Assembly: GCA_964016885.1 (NCBI GenBank)
Contig: OZ024740.1
Coordinates: forward strand, 315,270,001 to 315,334,000
Length of the DNA stretch: 64,000 bases
DNA from: Eledone cirrhosa
Lineage: Eukaryota
Reading direction: 5' to 3'
Both the position numbers and the translations under genes were made by a program. This document shows, in pieces, positions 29,894-43,377 of this stretch. The notes under the pieces were generated by a model that saw nothing but the letters and a program-made list of their open reading frames with translations, did not search any database and had not been told where the DNA came from. Numbering within the stretch: the first letter of the stretch is position 1; each line of letters opens with the position of its first letter.

Positions 29894-30104
29894 AATATAA
29901 CTTTACTTTCTAGTAACATCTATATTTTTTAAATAATTTTTATTAGTTTTCGGACATTCTGTTAATATTCAAATAAGATTACCCTGTAGCAAGAAATATT
30001 ACTTTAATATATTAATTTATATTAAAATATTGGCAAAAATACTGTAAAATATATCTTCAGAGATTTTTTTTTTTAGTTAAACGTCAGTCAGTCTGAACTA
30101 GAAC

Positions 30105-30752
30105 ACTTAGCTGGTATTTTATTTGATCGTCCTGAGAATTATGTAAAGCAAAGTTGACCTCGGAGGGATTTCAACTCAGAATGTAAAACATTCCAATTCA
30201 CAACCTCATACATAAACCATTGTTTCTGATTTAGGTTCAAATTTGTTGGGAGGAGAAAGTCGATTAAATCGACCCCAGTGCGTGACTGGTACTTTATTTT
30301 ATCAACCCCGTAAGGATGAAAGGCAAAGTTAATCTCGGCGGGATTTAAACTCAGATCGTAAAGGGACGTAACTATTTGCGTCAAAGCATGGCGTCCGTCG
30401 CTCTATCGATGCGGCCAATCCACCGTCTCATACATAAATAATTGTTTCTCCTTTTGGCACAAGGCCAGCAATTATCCCAGTGTATTACTGGTACTTTATT
30501 TTATCGACCCCGTAAGGGTGAATGGCAAAGTAAACCTCGGCGGGATTTGAACTCAGAAACATAAATAATTGTTTCTACTTTAGGCACAAGGCCAGCAATT
30601 ACCCAGTACATTACTGGTACTTTATTTTATCGACCCCGTAAGGATGAAAGGCAAAGTGAACCTCGGCGGGATTTGAACTCAGACCGTAAAGGGACGTAAC
30701 TATGCTGGAAAGTATAGCGTCCGACTCTCTACCGATACTGCCAATCCACCGG
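30105..30752 (-). mobile_element. Head-to-tail cluster of SINE copies
   Basis: Repeated CCTCGG(C/A)GGGATTT(G/A/C)AACTCAG at about 30160, 30335, 30535 and 30661. Confidence 0.85.
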
Positions 30753-31472
30753 ATGGCAGTAATGATGTTAAATTGCTGTACAACAATTATGATTTAGCTT
30801 TGATCTTGTTTGATTAGTTGTTGATATGTTTAAACTATTTAAATGTAAAACCAGCACTTCGTCTCGCTTCGTCTGAGAATATTTTAAACCGTTTGGTGCT
30901 AAAGACGTCTTGTGTTTATAGAGTTTACATATACGACCTTGCCGAAGAATTTAACCGTAAACTCATATTACATCACATCACAATATCAAATCATTTAATT
31001 GATTAATCCAGTCACATCTAGAACATAAGTAAGTAATGTTATCATAGTAATTTATTCTTATACTGGTTTCAGTCATTAGACTGCGGCCATACTGGGGTAC
31101 CAACTTAAAGTCAATCATATCAACCTCCAGTACTGATTTTTTCGATCTCTTTCAGTCGGGATATAACACAGGCACGAACGTAAACAGACATACATAAATA
31201 CACACACACACATAGACACACACACACACGCACATATATATATATAATGCATATATACATACATACATAAAATCAAGGTTTAGCAAATAGAGAAAAAGTT
31301 TTAAAATAAAGTTTTATATGAAGGAACACATACTTTTATTACATACATATATATATTATGTATAGAAATTTTGTATTTCTAAGGAAATACGGTTTTAGGA
31401 AGCTGTAGCTATGCAAACACCAGAGGGGGGGGCTAACGCCCTCTGGTGTTGTCCAGCAGACGCAAATGGGAC

Positions 31473-31518
31473 AACCGTCTATGCATTTCAGGCTTGACTG
31501 GCCATCGTCAGGACGATC
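31473..31518 (-). ncRNA. Minimal type I hammerhead ribozyme
   Basis: Minus strand: GATCGTC-CTGACGA-T-GGC-CAGTCAA-GCC-T-GAAA-TGC-ATA-GACGGTT; palindromic ATGCAT stem III. Confidence 0.8.
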
Positions 31519-31696
31519 CAACCCAACGCTTTGCTACTGCTAGACTTGAAAACAGCCAAGAATATATAGTTTTCTCGTCTGTGTAAATGAGGTGATTAAT
31601 CTCATTTGCATATGAAGCTGCATAAGTTGGCTCAACTTATAATAGGAAAGAAATAAGGTTTCGCTTCAAGCATAGCTTTATACAATATGTATGGAA

Positions 31697-31771
31697 ATTT
31701 CGTTCTGACGACTGAAGGCAGACACATGTGCCAAGCTCGTCTGTCTTCGTGAAACCATTGGTAAATGAAAT
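31697..31771 (+). ncRNA. Type I hammerhead ribozyme (family A)
   Basis: ATTTCGTT-CTGACGA-C-TGAAGGCAGAC/GTCTGTCTTCG-T-GAAA-CCATTG-GTA-AATGAAAT. Confidence 0.82.
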
Positions 31772-31889
31772 AATTATCTTATGTTGTTTATTACATAATT
31801 ATAAAGCTCTGTAGACTACATAGGGCACTCTCTTTTCCTTTACCTTTCCTACGGAAATACTTCAATTATATATATATATATATTATATA

Positions 31890-32385
31890 TATATAAAGTT
31901 GTATTCCTGTCTGTTTGTTTGTTTGTTCACGAACTACTCCTGTGGTTTTGGAGATAGACCCCCATAACCATATATATTCTGAAACTACATTGCCCAGGGT
32001 ACTTGGACAAATATATTTCATTTTAATCAAAGGGTTCTCCGGGAGCACAAACGCCCGCTGAAAATGTTTTCCCTTCGATTTATATAAAATTTAAACCATA
32101 GGTAAATGACAAGATATGATGCCTATTCACAAAAGTTTTGAATTGATATTTTGAAAACAATTATTTACAAGAAACAAAATAAGAATAAGATTTAATAATG
32201 TAATTTTGCTTTGATATATTACAAAAAATAATGTTTTCCAATTGTTCATGCATTACATTTTACATTGAGTAATATTGAAATGCAGAGTTTTTCTCCATAA
32301 ATGATATCACTGATTTAAAATCAATCATCATTTTCATATTAAAAAAATGTGTGAAACGCAGCAAGGCGCGGGTAATTCGGCCAGT
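31890..32385. mobile_element. Non-autonomous Helitron/Helentron-like element in (TA)n
   Basis: TATAAAG..(TTTG)n start and CGCAGCAAGGCGCGGGTAATTCGGCCAGT end. Confidence 0.5.
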
Positions 32386-32386
32386 A

Positions 32387-32449
<63 letters not shown>

Positions 32450-33349
32450 TCATACTTGTGTATCTATATAGGACGGACTTCCGCAGTTTCCTTCTTCTTT
32501 GCCCACTTATTCATGGGTCGTGGGCAGAGTTATCAAGCACTCTTACTAACGAATCCTGTCAGAGACCTGTCAACTCTCTCCGTCCGACGGAAAGATCTTT
32601 CACCCACTTTGTGAAAATGGGTATAGCTTTCATTATGTAAAATCTCCCCATTTACCCTCATTTCTCCCCGTTTTAGGGTACTTTTTTTCATAGTATTTCC
32701 CGTTTGGGTATTTAGAGGCTGGAAGGTCTGCTGTCAGAATTAACCATCTCCAAATGATCCAGATGGATCTCCAAGAGAGACCAGTCGACCTTATGGTATC
32801 CTGAGGCCCTAAATTGGATCCAAAAGGAGGCAACTCTTAACAATTCTGCAGTTTCCGTCCGCCAGATTCCACTCAACTCGAAGCTATAGTAAAAAACATT
32901 TTCGCAAGGTACAACTTTGTGAGTGTAAAACCAAAACGACGTGTTTGTGAATCAAACTCCTTAGCTACACAGCCATGCCTTTCATTTTTCATCTATCAAT
33001 TGTTTGCAGTTCATTTATATTGATTTACAAGATCTGAGAATCAATCTTCGATATGGTTTAGGATGAATTAATATATCGTGTTACCGAAGCCACTTCCCCC
33101 TACAGACCCCCCCCTCTTCATAATGGATGGTTAATCAAAAAAACTTTGGAACTAATAAATTGCTAAAGTCGTTCTTTCCTCTTATTTTCCCTCTCCTACT
33201 ATTTGCTTTCTAATTCATCTATCTCAATTCCCTTCCGACGTGTTACCTTTGTAATTCTAATCCTTTCACATCGTACGGCTTTCTAAACATACCCACTTTT
33301 CAATTCATCTCTCTCTCTATCTCTATCTCTCTTTCTATCTCTCTCTCTC

Positions 33350-33427
<78 letters not shown>

Positions 33428-33429
<2 letters not shown>

Positions 33430-33628
33430 TCGGGGGTTCAATCGGGGGTAACCACGGTAAGTAAGGTACTCAATACATTAGTAGAGTGTAAACATCATGT
33501 CTAATATAGAAATGGCTTTTACAGAACTAGAACTGTTTCATTCAAAAGAAATCATCGGGCTTTCCTGGTGATTTCTTTTGAATGAAACAGTGCTAGTCCT
33601 GTAGAAGCCACTTCTGTATTAAACATGA
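33428..33628. mobile_element. Fold-back insert with decayed hammerhead-like core
   Basis: Inverted arms centred near 33560; CTGGTGA-TTTC-TTTT-GAAT-GAAAC; related to 5243-5357. Confidence 0.55.
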
Positions 33629-34202
33629 TATATATATATATATGTGTGGCTAATAAAGAAATATATATATATATATAGGGGTCCCGTAATTCCTGATTGA
33701 GTCGTAAGCGTGCCTTAAAAACATACAGCGACTTCTAGTCTGAACACAGCTGATTTTTTCCCAGAGAAGGAGAGAGAGAGAGAGGTGGGTGTAATGAAAA
33801 GATATAAAGAAGATTTGACTCCAGCACTAGACTTGTACTTCTTTATCGACCTCGAAATAATGAATGGTAAAGTTATCCTCGACGGTATTAGAACTGAGAG
33901 CACTGAGAGCTGAGACGAATACCACAAAGTAGTGTATCCGATGTTCTAATGACTTTCCCAATTCACCACCTATATATCTATAAAATGTTTAATTAATGGA
34001 ATATAGCTCATATTTACACAAACTTGAATTTCTTCATTATTTTGCACTCTACAGACACCAATTAGAGATCCCATCAAAGGAGTTTCGAATTACACTCTTT
34101 TTTTCCAAGTGCCGGTCCTGATAACTGAAATAGATTGCCTAAGTATTTAATTTTGATACATAATCTTACACGTCAAGATTCATATATATATATATATATA
34201 TA

Positions 34203-34486
34203 TGCTCTGAAATAGCGATGTATACATGAATGTATGTATAGTATATTTGGTAATATACCGTATGCTTAATTAAAAACATTTTGAAGACCATACGCTATCA
34301 GTTTTAAAGTAGTGACTATGTCACTTACTTCTTTTCTTCGGCGAAAGGAGGGAGAGAAGCTAACACACTGTCTGTTTCATGCTGTTGGCGATCATCAGAG
34401 CAACGTACTCCCCGCTTTCGCCGAAGATTATAGAAGCTGGATTCTTATAGAATTACATTCATGTATACATCGCTATTTCAGAGCAC
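34203..34486 (-). mobile_element. Diverged relative of the 310-bp unit with hammerhead at 34335-34427
   Basis: 32-bp terminal inverted repeat TGCTCTGAAATAGCGATGTATACATGAATGTA similar to the array unit; minus strand TCTTCGGCGAAAG..GCT-CTGATGA..GAAA-CAGACAGTGT-GTT-AGC..CTTTCGCCGAAGA. Confidence 0.7.
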
Positions 34487-34499
34487 CAATACTAATACC

Positions 34500-34810
34500 T
34501 AATTTTTTAGATTTGCACCTAGAAAGTTTCCCTCCGAGGCACAAGTCCGGGCAAGGTTGTTTGAGGAAGACCAGCAGTCGCCCATGCATACCAGTCTCCC
34601 TCTCCCCCGATGATGTCCAATGGAAAGGCTATGGCCGATACAGCTTGGCACCAGTGGCGTCGCAACTCATTCCTACAGCTGAGTAAACTGGAGCAACGTG
34701 AAATAAAGTGTCTTGCTCAAGGACACAACGCATCACCCGATCCGAGAATCTAACTCACAGCCTTTCAATTGTGAGCCCAATGCTCTGGCCACTAAGCCAT
34801 GCATCTTCAC
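34500..34810 (-). mobile_element. CORE-like tRNA-derived SINE
   Basis: Minus strand TGGCTTAGTGG...GTTGTGTCCTTGAGCAAGACACTTTATTTCAC. Confidence 0.75.
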
Positions 34811-35301
34811 AGCTTGGGACTAATATAAAATAAAAGCAAGCCCAATTGAAGAACAATTTTTCTAATTCATTTTCCAACATCACCTTTCAGTCACTATCAT
34901 ATCTATCTCCACATACTAATATTGGTGAAATTGTTTTGAGGATAACGTATCAAGTGTAAAAGTGAACGGTTCCAATACACCTCATATTTATAAGGTGGCG
35001 AGGACTAACTAATCCTGCTAAACCAGAATAACTCCATTTATAACTCGTTCCACGACCTTTGCCTGTCGTAAATATCTGAAAATCATCAACGGATGTACTA
35101 TTCGTTCTCTTCCTTAATTGTTGATCCTGTTGGGTTTGTCGTCGCAAAAACAGGATTGGGTGTGTGAATGTGTGTGTGTGACTACAAGATAATAGATATA
35201 CGCACATTCGATGTATATGTGTGTGTGAAATTGCGTGTGAGAATATACATGCACACACACATACACACATATATATATATTAATATATATATGTGTGTGT
35301 G

Positions 35302-35392
<91 letters not shown>

Positions 35393-35533
35393 CAACATTT
35401 ATAGATACAAATGCTTACCTATATATATATATATATATATGCGATTATATTTATGTATATATATATATATATATGGAAGTAGCTGTTAAAACGGCAAGAG
35501 CTCTGCCGTTGGATCACGACTTTATAATATACT

Positions 35534-35605
<72 letters not shown>

Positions 35606-36142
35606 ACATACATACATATATACATTTGTCTTTACCACTTCCTATCCTCATTGCTGAGGATCGGGGACCATGGACAATTGCATCAATACTCACCTATAAG
35701 ATGCTGCATGTCTATGATTCTGATCGGGAAAAAAGGTCATGTTGACCACTTGAAAGGTCATCATCTTTGACTAAGGAGATCCAGCTAGTCGGGTTTTTAA
35801 ATCAAAGTGATGGTTCTCCTAGAAAGACTACCAGCCATGGATAACGAGCACTGTCTAATGGGTTTTTTTTACACACTATTGGATAGCCGTTGTATCTCCT
35901 GAGATCGTCAACTCTTTGGGTTTTGTTTTTCATGGGTTTTGTTTTTCATCCCATACAATGTCTAAATTCTCCCTCCTCTCCAAGAAAGTGTGGTGGGGTT
36001 GCTGATTTAGTCACCGACGACCCGACGATGTGACAGGTTGTACTGGGTTACATGTTACCAGTAGCGCTGGAGAGCGACCCGATGTGATATAAATACATAT
36101 TCGAAAATGCTCCACATATCATCTCTTTAATGCTTTCCCTCG

Positions 36143-36186
<44 letters not shown>

Positions 36187-36396
36187 ATATATATATATAT
36201 ATACATTTACGTTTGTTGGTTCACCACTGGATAGAACTGGTCATTCCGTATGGTCAACCTCGATGTAATATTAGGGAGAGCACTCAACGTAATGAAATTC
36301 ACCCGTCTTCGTTTGTGTTGATGGTGGTGCGAGTACGGAGTTAATTATTATAAAATAACAGGAGGCTGGACTGGTGTAATTCCTTAAAGGTTTATT

Positions 36397-36454
36397 ATAC
36401 TATGAACATTTCAATGACCGGGTTAAGTATGAATCCGGTGACATCATCAGGTAT
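36397..36454 (-). ncRNA. Probable type I hammerhead
   Basis: Minus strand: ATAC-CTGATGA-..ACCGG/CCGGT..-GAAA-TGTTC-ATA-GTAT; stem I only 4 bp. Confidence 0.55.
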
Positions 36455-36575
36455 TCGAAATTTAACAAAGGAATATAATCCATGGGGTTGAAAAGGCAGA
36501 GAGACAAGAAGGCGGCCACACATTTAGTAATTTCTAGTTCGGTAGACCGCCTTCAAGTTATTATTAAGTATATTT

Positions 36576-36655
<80 letters not shown>

Positions 36656-37020
36656 CTATACTACCTAGCTACCTATTTATTTCGACACATTCATAAGTCA
36701 TATTGATATTTATCTTTGAAAAACAACAAAAACAACAACTACTACTACTACTACCACCCACACTACTACTACTAACACCACCACCAATACTACTACTATT
36801 ACGTATAGTACTACTATTACTATTACTACCACCACCACTACTACTACTACTACGACGACGACGACGACTACTACTACTACTACTAACTTCCGAGGGCCCT
36901 CTCGCTCAACCTTCTGAGAATAAAAGTTCAATATCCTACAAAATCCGACCTTTCTATCGTTACAAAATGGAAGAAAGCATTTATTAATGTATTCTGGGAC
37001 ATAGATAGATAGATAGATAG

Positions 37021-39336
37021 ATTTCTTTATTTGCCACAAGGGCGCACAAGAAAAGGGGACAATACAAAGACACATGCCGGGGATTTTACATACAGTCGTG
37101 TAAAAATATTGAAACAAAGAATTATAACAATCGAAATCCCCAATAGGGGGAAGCGCCACAAATGGGTTGTTTAATACCCCGTCGATAGAACAACCCTCAA
37201 CTTCAGGAGCGTGTTGTGCAAGTGCCCCCTTCTTCCTTTTGCTCTCTTCTGTAACCTACAGGCTTATAAACAGAGAAGGCCCAATCACTCGGGCCATTTT
37301 CGCTTCATTCACCCACCTTTCAGTAAATTTACTGGGGTGCAGTGCCTCTCTCTCCACTCTGATTCTCCTTCTAAAGTGATACTTAAAGAAGGGAATCAAT
37401 TGTTGTCCGGAGAGAAAGGCATCTGTCCTCAGTCCTCTCAATCTCGTCCACCATATAACCTCTTTCACCAGAAAAACCGCCTCTCTTTCGTTTTTGAAAG
37501 AGGCTGGCGGTTTGATCCTTACTATGGACTCGGCTGTCAACTGGATTTGTCCCACAGGCGACAGCAGTTGGTCTGCATAGTTCCACGGGTCGCTTATTCC
37601 TGGGCAGTGTACAATTGCCTGCAAGACGGTTTCAATGTCCTGCTCGCATTTTGGACACGTCCTCTTGGAAGGATCTCTGCCGGGGCGTCCGTGCCTGTAG
37701 ATCTTATCTCCAACGGGTAGAGCTCCTCGGTAGCACTGCCAGGCCAGGGACCTCTGGAAGTTGTCCATAGGTCCCGGGCGGAAAGTCCTACCGAACATAC
37801 TGGTGAGCTCGTCGTCTTCGACGCCTAGAGTCTCCCCGAGCACGTCGTCGCACTTGTAAAGTACTAACCCTCTATAGAATGTCGAAGTGGAGTCTCCACA
37901 GATTGCTGTGCCCGCTTGACAGAGGACTGTGAGCGCCTGGGCGCATTCAATGTGCCAGGCGCCCAACTTCTTCGGTCTTCGCTTCACCCAGGACTGCAGC
38001 TCCGTCAGCGAGACAAGTTGTGGGAATGCCTGTCTCACAAAGTGTGCCCACACCGGTTAGTCGGTGAGGAATACCTGGAGAAGCCGAAGCCTCAGCGCAT
38101 GCTTGCGCATCATTAGCCACGGCATGCCCAGCCCTCCGTTGGAAGGGGGTTGACAGGCGACGGATCTCCTCACCAGTGGAGTCTGCTTCTTCCACAGGAA
38201 CTGGAAGAGCATGCGTTCCAACTTGGTGAGGTATTCACGGGGACAAGGCACGACAGTCAAGCGGTAGTGGATGACGGACGCTATAAAAGTGTTCGCCTCC
38301 TCCGCTCGACCTTTCAAAGACAGTTTGCACTCTGCCCATTTCTGGGTGAGCGCAAATACCTTGGCCATGATCTCGTTCCATTTTTTCTCCACCTGGAGGT
38401 CTGGACCGAACCAGACCCCCGCTGTCGGACGGCATCGGTTTGCCTCTCCACGTTCCGATTTGCAAACCGACAGACTTTTTGCTCCTGTGACAGTTTTGGT
38501 CCTGTGAATCTTTCGTATTCCTGTAGTAGGTTGCCAATTACCTTGATTTCCGAGGTTTTCGACACTATTACCGTCACGTCGTCAGCATAAGCCGACGCCG
38601 CTTTTCGTAGTCCCGGTTCTAAAGGGATGCCCTGCAAAAGCTCCAACTTCCGCAGTAGTGACTCTAGAGCCAATACGTACAGAATGGAGGAGAGAGGGCA
38701 TCCCTGTCGAATGGAACGCGTGATTGCGAACGACTCCGATAGGTAGCCGTTCACCTTTGATTTAGAGCAGATGCTGGTGTGCATCGCTTTGATCCAGCCT
38801 CTGAAAACGGGACCGAAACCGGCCGCCTTGAGAACCGCTTCCAAGTATCGATGGTCGACCCTATCGAATGCCTTAGACTGATCTAAATTGATCAAAGCCC
38901 CACCGAAGCCGGGTTTACACCCCACCCTCTCTATGCTGTATCGCATGAGGTGGAGGTTGTCGTGTATGAACCTGGTCGGGATTGCACACGTTTGCGCTTT
39001 CCCTACCAGGTTTTCGACGACAAGCGCCAGCCTCGTTGCTAGCACCTTGGCCAAAATCTTTAACTCTGTGTTGAGCAGAGTTATGGGCTTGAAATTTTTT
39101 ATTTCGTCCCCTTTGTTCTCGTCTTTCCTGATAAGCGTTACTACGCCCTTGCCTGCAGAACTAGGAATTGTCCCGTTCTGCTGCCAATTGCAATAGACGG
39201 CTTCAAGGGCGCCAGAAAACAAGTCCGGCATGCCTATGTAAAACTCATAGGGTAGACCATCTATACCTGGTGATTTTCATTTCCCGCAGCGGCCCAGAGC
39301 GTCCCGTATCTCAGTGGCTGTGATCGGTCTTTCGCA
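37021..39336 (-). mobile_element. 5'-truncated L1/Tx1-clade LINE (RT pseudogene)
   Basis: RT motifs FKPITLLN, LDQSKAFDRV, RQGCPLS, YADD; GGLGMP; CxxC-ET-HC zinc finger; frameshifts and one stop; AATAAA at the 3' end; (GATA)n on both flanks. Confidence 0.93.
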
Positions 39337-40459
39337 GATAGATAGATAGATAGGATAAAATAATCATGTGTGTAATGCTTTTGGTAATAGGCTTTTTTAT
39401 AGGGGTAAACCTAGAATTAACGACATTGAAAAAGTGATTTTTGCTCTAACCTATTGTTTGACAATATCTTCATTAATGCAATAAGATTCAAATCTTGTCA
39501 GGGCATCAAAACCTGTATATCTAAGTAGGCCATATATGGCCCTATTTTGTTACAGATCATCTCTACACTCGTTATCTATCCGTACTGTGCCGCAAAGGGA
39601 ACAACGTACCAATGATCTACGTCAATACCAATATCTTTGGCCGTGACCTATTTGTTAGTTATATTCATGTACTACAGTGCTATAGTGTGGGCAGATATGT
39701 AACTCATGATTCCTGTCTTCTTTCTCGTCTTATTTTTAGTCTTAAATAATATAGACTTTCTACCATCGGTTCTGTCCAAATCGGAAAGTCATACATCTTG
39801 CCACACACCGGACTATATAACAATTGCTCTTGTTTGATAGGACTGAGGCCATCCTTGTCAGCAATCCCAGAGGCTTCATCGTGAGTAAGGTCAACCAGAT
39901 CCATCAGTGCCCTCCATCGTTGGCGATCCTGTTCCAGTCTCCCTCTGCGTCCCCCAGGGTGACGTCGGGCCTCCGGAAATCTCCTTTAATTAACACCGGC
40001 CAAACCCCATTTTTTGCAGATCAGAGATATGTCACTTTTTTTTTGGGGGGGGGGGGGGGCTCCTTTGGATAAAATAAAATATTCAGGTAAGAAATTCCTT
40101 TTTTCCCACCACATTTCTTCTATACATGTTTTCTGTTCCCTAGAGCTAGTTTATGTTCAACACCTTCGTTTAACCTACAACACTCACCAGAACATAAGTT
40201 CTTGTCGATTGTGGTCTCGTTAATGTTTCTAGTCTTTGTCATTTAAGTTGACATCTTTACTATGTCTCTGATTTTCGAATTATGTCTGTAAATGCTTAGG
40301 TTTGTTTGTTTAATCGCTGTGTTTCTAGGTATTTTCTGTCTTTTTATTTGCAATGATCTTTTGTGCAGACGGAGTGGAGGGGGGGGGGGGGGGGGTACGC
40401 CTTTTCTAACATTGACGCTTTTACGATCGTTGTAACCAGCAACTCCACCTGCTGTCACT

Positions 40460-40690
40460 AATGTACCTATTTTAAGAGACAAACAGTGGTGCAAATGTGT
40501 GTCTGCGAATGTGTCTCGAACTGGCAGGTACTGCTAGTTCGAGACAAGCTCTACAGGCATGGAAGTGCCAATAGCCGGACCTGTCCGAGAAGCATACAAG
40601 GTGACGAAACCACCATGAATGATATCGCTCAGTTCCCGTGCATTGCAGACACACATTTGCACCAGTTTGTCTCTTAAAATAGGTACATTT
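40460..40690. mobile_element. MITE-like element with about 47-bp inverted repeats
   Basis: AATGTACCTATTTTAAGAGACAAAC(AG)TGGTGCAAATGTGTGTCTGC and its reverse complement at about 40646-40690. Confidence 0.65.
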
Positions 40691-40972
40691 CTGTAGCAAT
40701 ACCATCCAATTCTATTCAACAGGATTATGTCGACCTAATACTATGTTAAAAGACCCTTGCCCATGGGACTGCTCATTAGGACTGAACGCAGAACTTCATA
40801 TTTACAAAGCAGATTTCTTAATCATTCAGTCATGTATGTCTGTATCCTATAAGGAAATAGAGCATGTCACTTATGAACATGTAAGACATTCGTCCACCTT
40901 TAGTTTAATTCTGGTAATCAGAACATAAAAACCAGGTGCGCCATTGTTTCTATATATGATAAAGACAACATT

Positions 40973-41692
40973 CTCTCTCCCTCACTCTCACCCCTTCTCC
41001 CTCTCTCTCACCCCTCCTATCTCAGTCTAACCACTTCTCCCTCTCTCTCACCCCTCCTATCTCAGTCTAACCCCTTCACCCTCACATTCACCTTTCTCCC
41101 TCACATTCACCCCTTCTTCCCCGCTCTCACCCCCTTCTCCCTCTCTCTCACCTCTCTCCCTCACATTCACCCCTTCTCCCCCGCTCTCACCCCCTTCTCC
41201 CTCTCTCTCACCCCTTCTCCCTCACATTCACCCCTTCTCCCCCACTCTCACCCCCTTCTCCCTCTCTCTCACCCCTTCTCCCTCACATTCACCCCTTCTC
41301 CCCCACTCTCACCCCCTTCTCCCTCTCTCTCACCCCTTCTCCCTCACATTCACCCCTTCTCCCCCACTCTCACCCCTTCTCCCTCTCTCTCACCCCTTCT
41401 CCCTTACATTCACCCCTTCTCCCCCACTCTCACCCCCTTCTCCCTCTCTCTCACCCCTTCTCCCTCACATCCACCCCTTCTCCCTTACATTCACCCCTTC
41501 TCCCTCTCTCTCACCCCTTCTCCCTCACATTCACCCCTTCTCCCTCACTCCCACCCCTTCTCCCTCTCTCTCACCCCTTCTCCCTCACATTCACCCCTTC
41601 TCCCCCACTCCCACCCCTTCTCCCTCTCTCTCACCCCTTCTCCCTTACATTCACCCCTTCTCCCCCACGCTCACCCCTTCTACTTCTCTCAC
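40973..41692. repeat. Pyrimidine-rich minisatellite (19-21 bp units)
   Basis: TCACCCCTTCTCCCTC(TCTC/ACAT) variants, with a roughly 60-bp higher-order period. Confidence 0.9.
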
Positions 41693-42391
41693 CTATCTAC
41701 ATCCACCGCTATATCGTTTTAATTAGGAATTCAGTTGATTTCGTGCATGCAAAATGAGGAGCTTGGGAACTAGAATACGCCAAATAAAAGTTTTTCATCG
41801 AAAATGACGCGTGTTCTCGTAACTCATGGCTTAGTTTTTGTTTATGAATGGACTCTTTATATAGTGATAGACACAAAGTACATACACTCATAAATATACA
41901 CAAACACACATACACACACACTCATATATACACGCGAATATGCACACATACACAAACACACATATACACATGCGAGTATACGCACATATATACAAACACA
42001 TATATATATACATGCGAATACACACATATATACACGCGAATACACCTACACAAACACAGATATACATATGCGAGAATACAGACACATACACACACGAGTA
42101 CACACACATACACAAACACGCACATACACACGCGAGTATATACAACTACACAAACACACAAACACACATATATATATATACACGCGAGTACACACACATA
42201 CACAAACACACATGTATACCTAAATCGATTAAACAAACGAATGAATGAATGAGTTAGTAGATTCATTCTACTACTAATCTTGTTGATTTAATAAACCTGC
42301 TGATGCCTGACGTTACTTGAAGAGTTAGAAAAAGAAAGACATTTAAATAATGAATATGGTGAACGCTATATTATTATTATAATTGTTGTGA

Positions 42392-42703
42392 GATGGGTGG
42401 GAGAGGCAAGAATGGCCCGAGTGAATGGGCCTACTCTGAGTATGTGTCTGTAAATTAAAGGTGGAACACTGGGAGAGGGCACTTGCCCTGGTAGTCAGGG
42501 TCACTGTGGCTTTTTAATGGGCTTTCTGCACCAATGTCCCTCGGAAGTCTCCCCCCTATTGGGGAATTGTTTTCATTGTTCTATTATTACATCCTCTGTT
42601 TCTTTTTTTTTACACGCAGAAATGCCCATTTGTACCGCCCTGTATTGTCCTGTACTGTCCTTAATGTCTACTTTATGTAAACCCTTGTGGTTAACAAAGA
42701 AAT
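42392..42703 (+). mobile_element. 3' end fragment of the Tx1-like LINE family
   Basis: GCAAGAATGGCCCGAGTGAATGGGCC..CCCCCTATTGGGGA..AAAGAAAT matches the 37021-37310 region. Confidence 0.75.
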
Positions 42704-42746
42704 CATTATTATAATTGTTGTAACCATTATCATTATTATTATTATC

Positions 42747-43372
42747 AGGGTGGTGAATTGGTAGTATCAGTAGAGGGTCGGACGCCATGCTTTGACGCAT
42801 AGAGTTACGGCCCTTGCCATTCTGAGTTCAAATCCCGCCGAGGTTAACTTTGCCTTTCATCCTTACGAGGTCGATAAAATAAAGTACCAGTAATGCACTG
42901 GGATAATTGCTGGCCTTGTGCCAAAAAGTAGAAACAATTATTATCAGGGTGGTGAGGGCAGTGGATTGGCAGTATCGGTAGAGTGTCGGACACCATGCTT
43001 TGCAGCATAGAGTTACGGCCCTTTACGTTCTGAGTTCAAATCCCGCCTAGGGTATCTCTGCCTTTCATCCTTAGGGAGACGATAAAACAAAGTACCAGTT
43101 ATGTACTGGGTTATTGCTGACCTTGTGCCAAAAGTAGAAACAATTATTTTCATTATTCAACTGGCAGTATCGGTAGAACGTCGGACACCATGCTTTGCGG
43201 CATAGAGTTATAGCTCTTTACGTTCTGAGTTCAAATCCCGCCGAGGTTTGCCTTTAATCCTTATGGCCTCAATAAAATAAATTGTCAGTAATGCACTGGG
43301 GTCAGTTTAATCGACTCTCCCCTCCCCTAAATTTGCTGGCCTTGTGCCTAAAGTAGAAACCATTATTATTAT
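42747..43372 (+). mobile_element. Three tandem SINE copies
   Basis: TGG(C/T)AGTATC..CTGAGTTCAAATCCCGCC repeated at about 42760, 42967 and 43162. Confidence 0.85.
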
Positions 43373-43377
43373 TAGTA

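Noticed and set aside
37256-39231. The LINE RT as the enzyme mobilising the ribozyme arrays
   Set aside because: It is disrupted, belongs to the L1/Tx1 clade and shares no 3' sequence with the arrays. No Penelope RT or GIY-YIG ORF is visible in this window.
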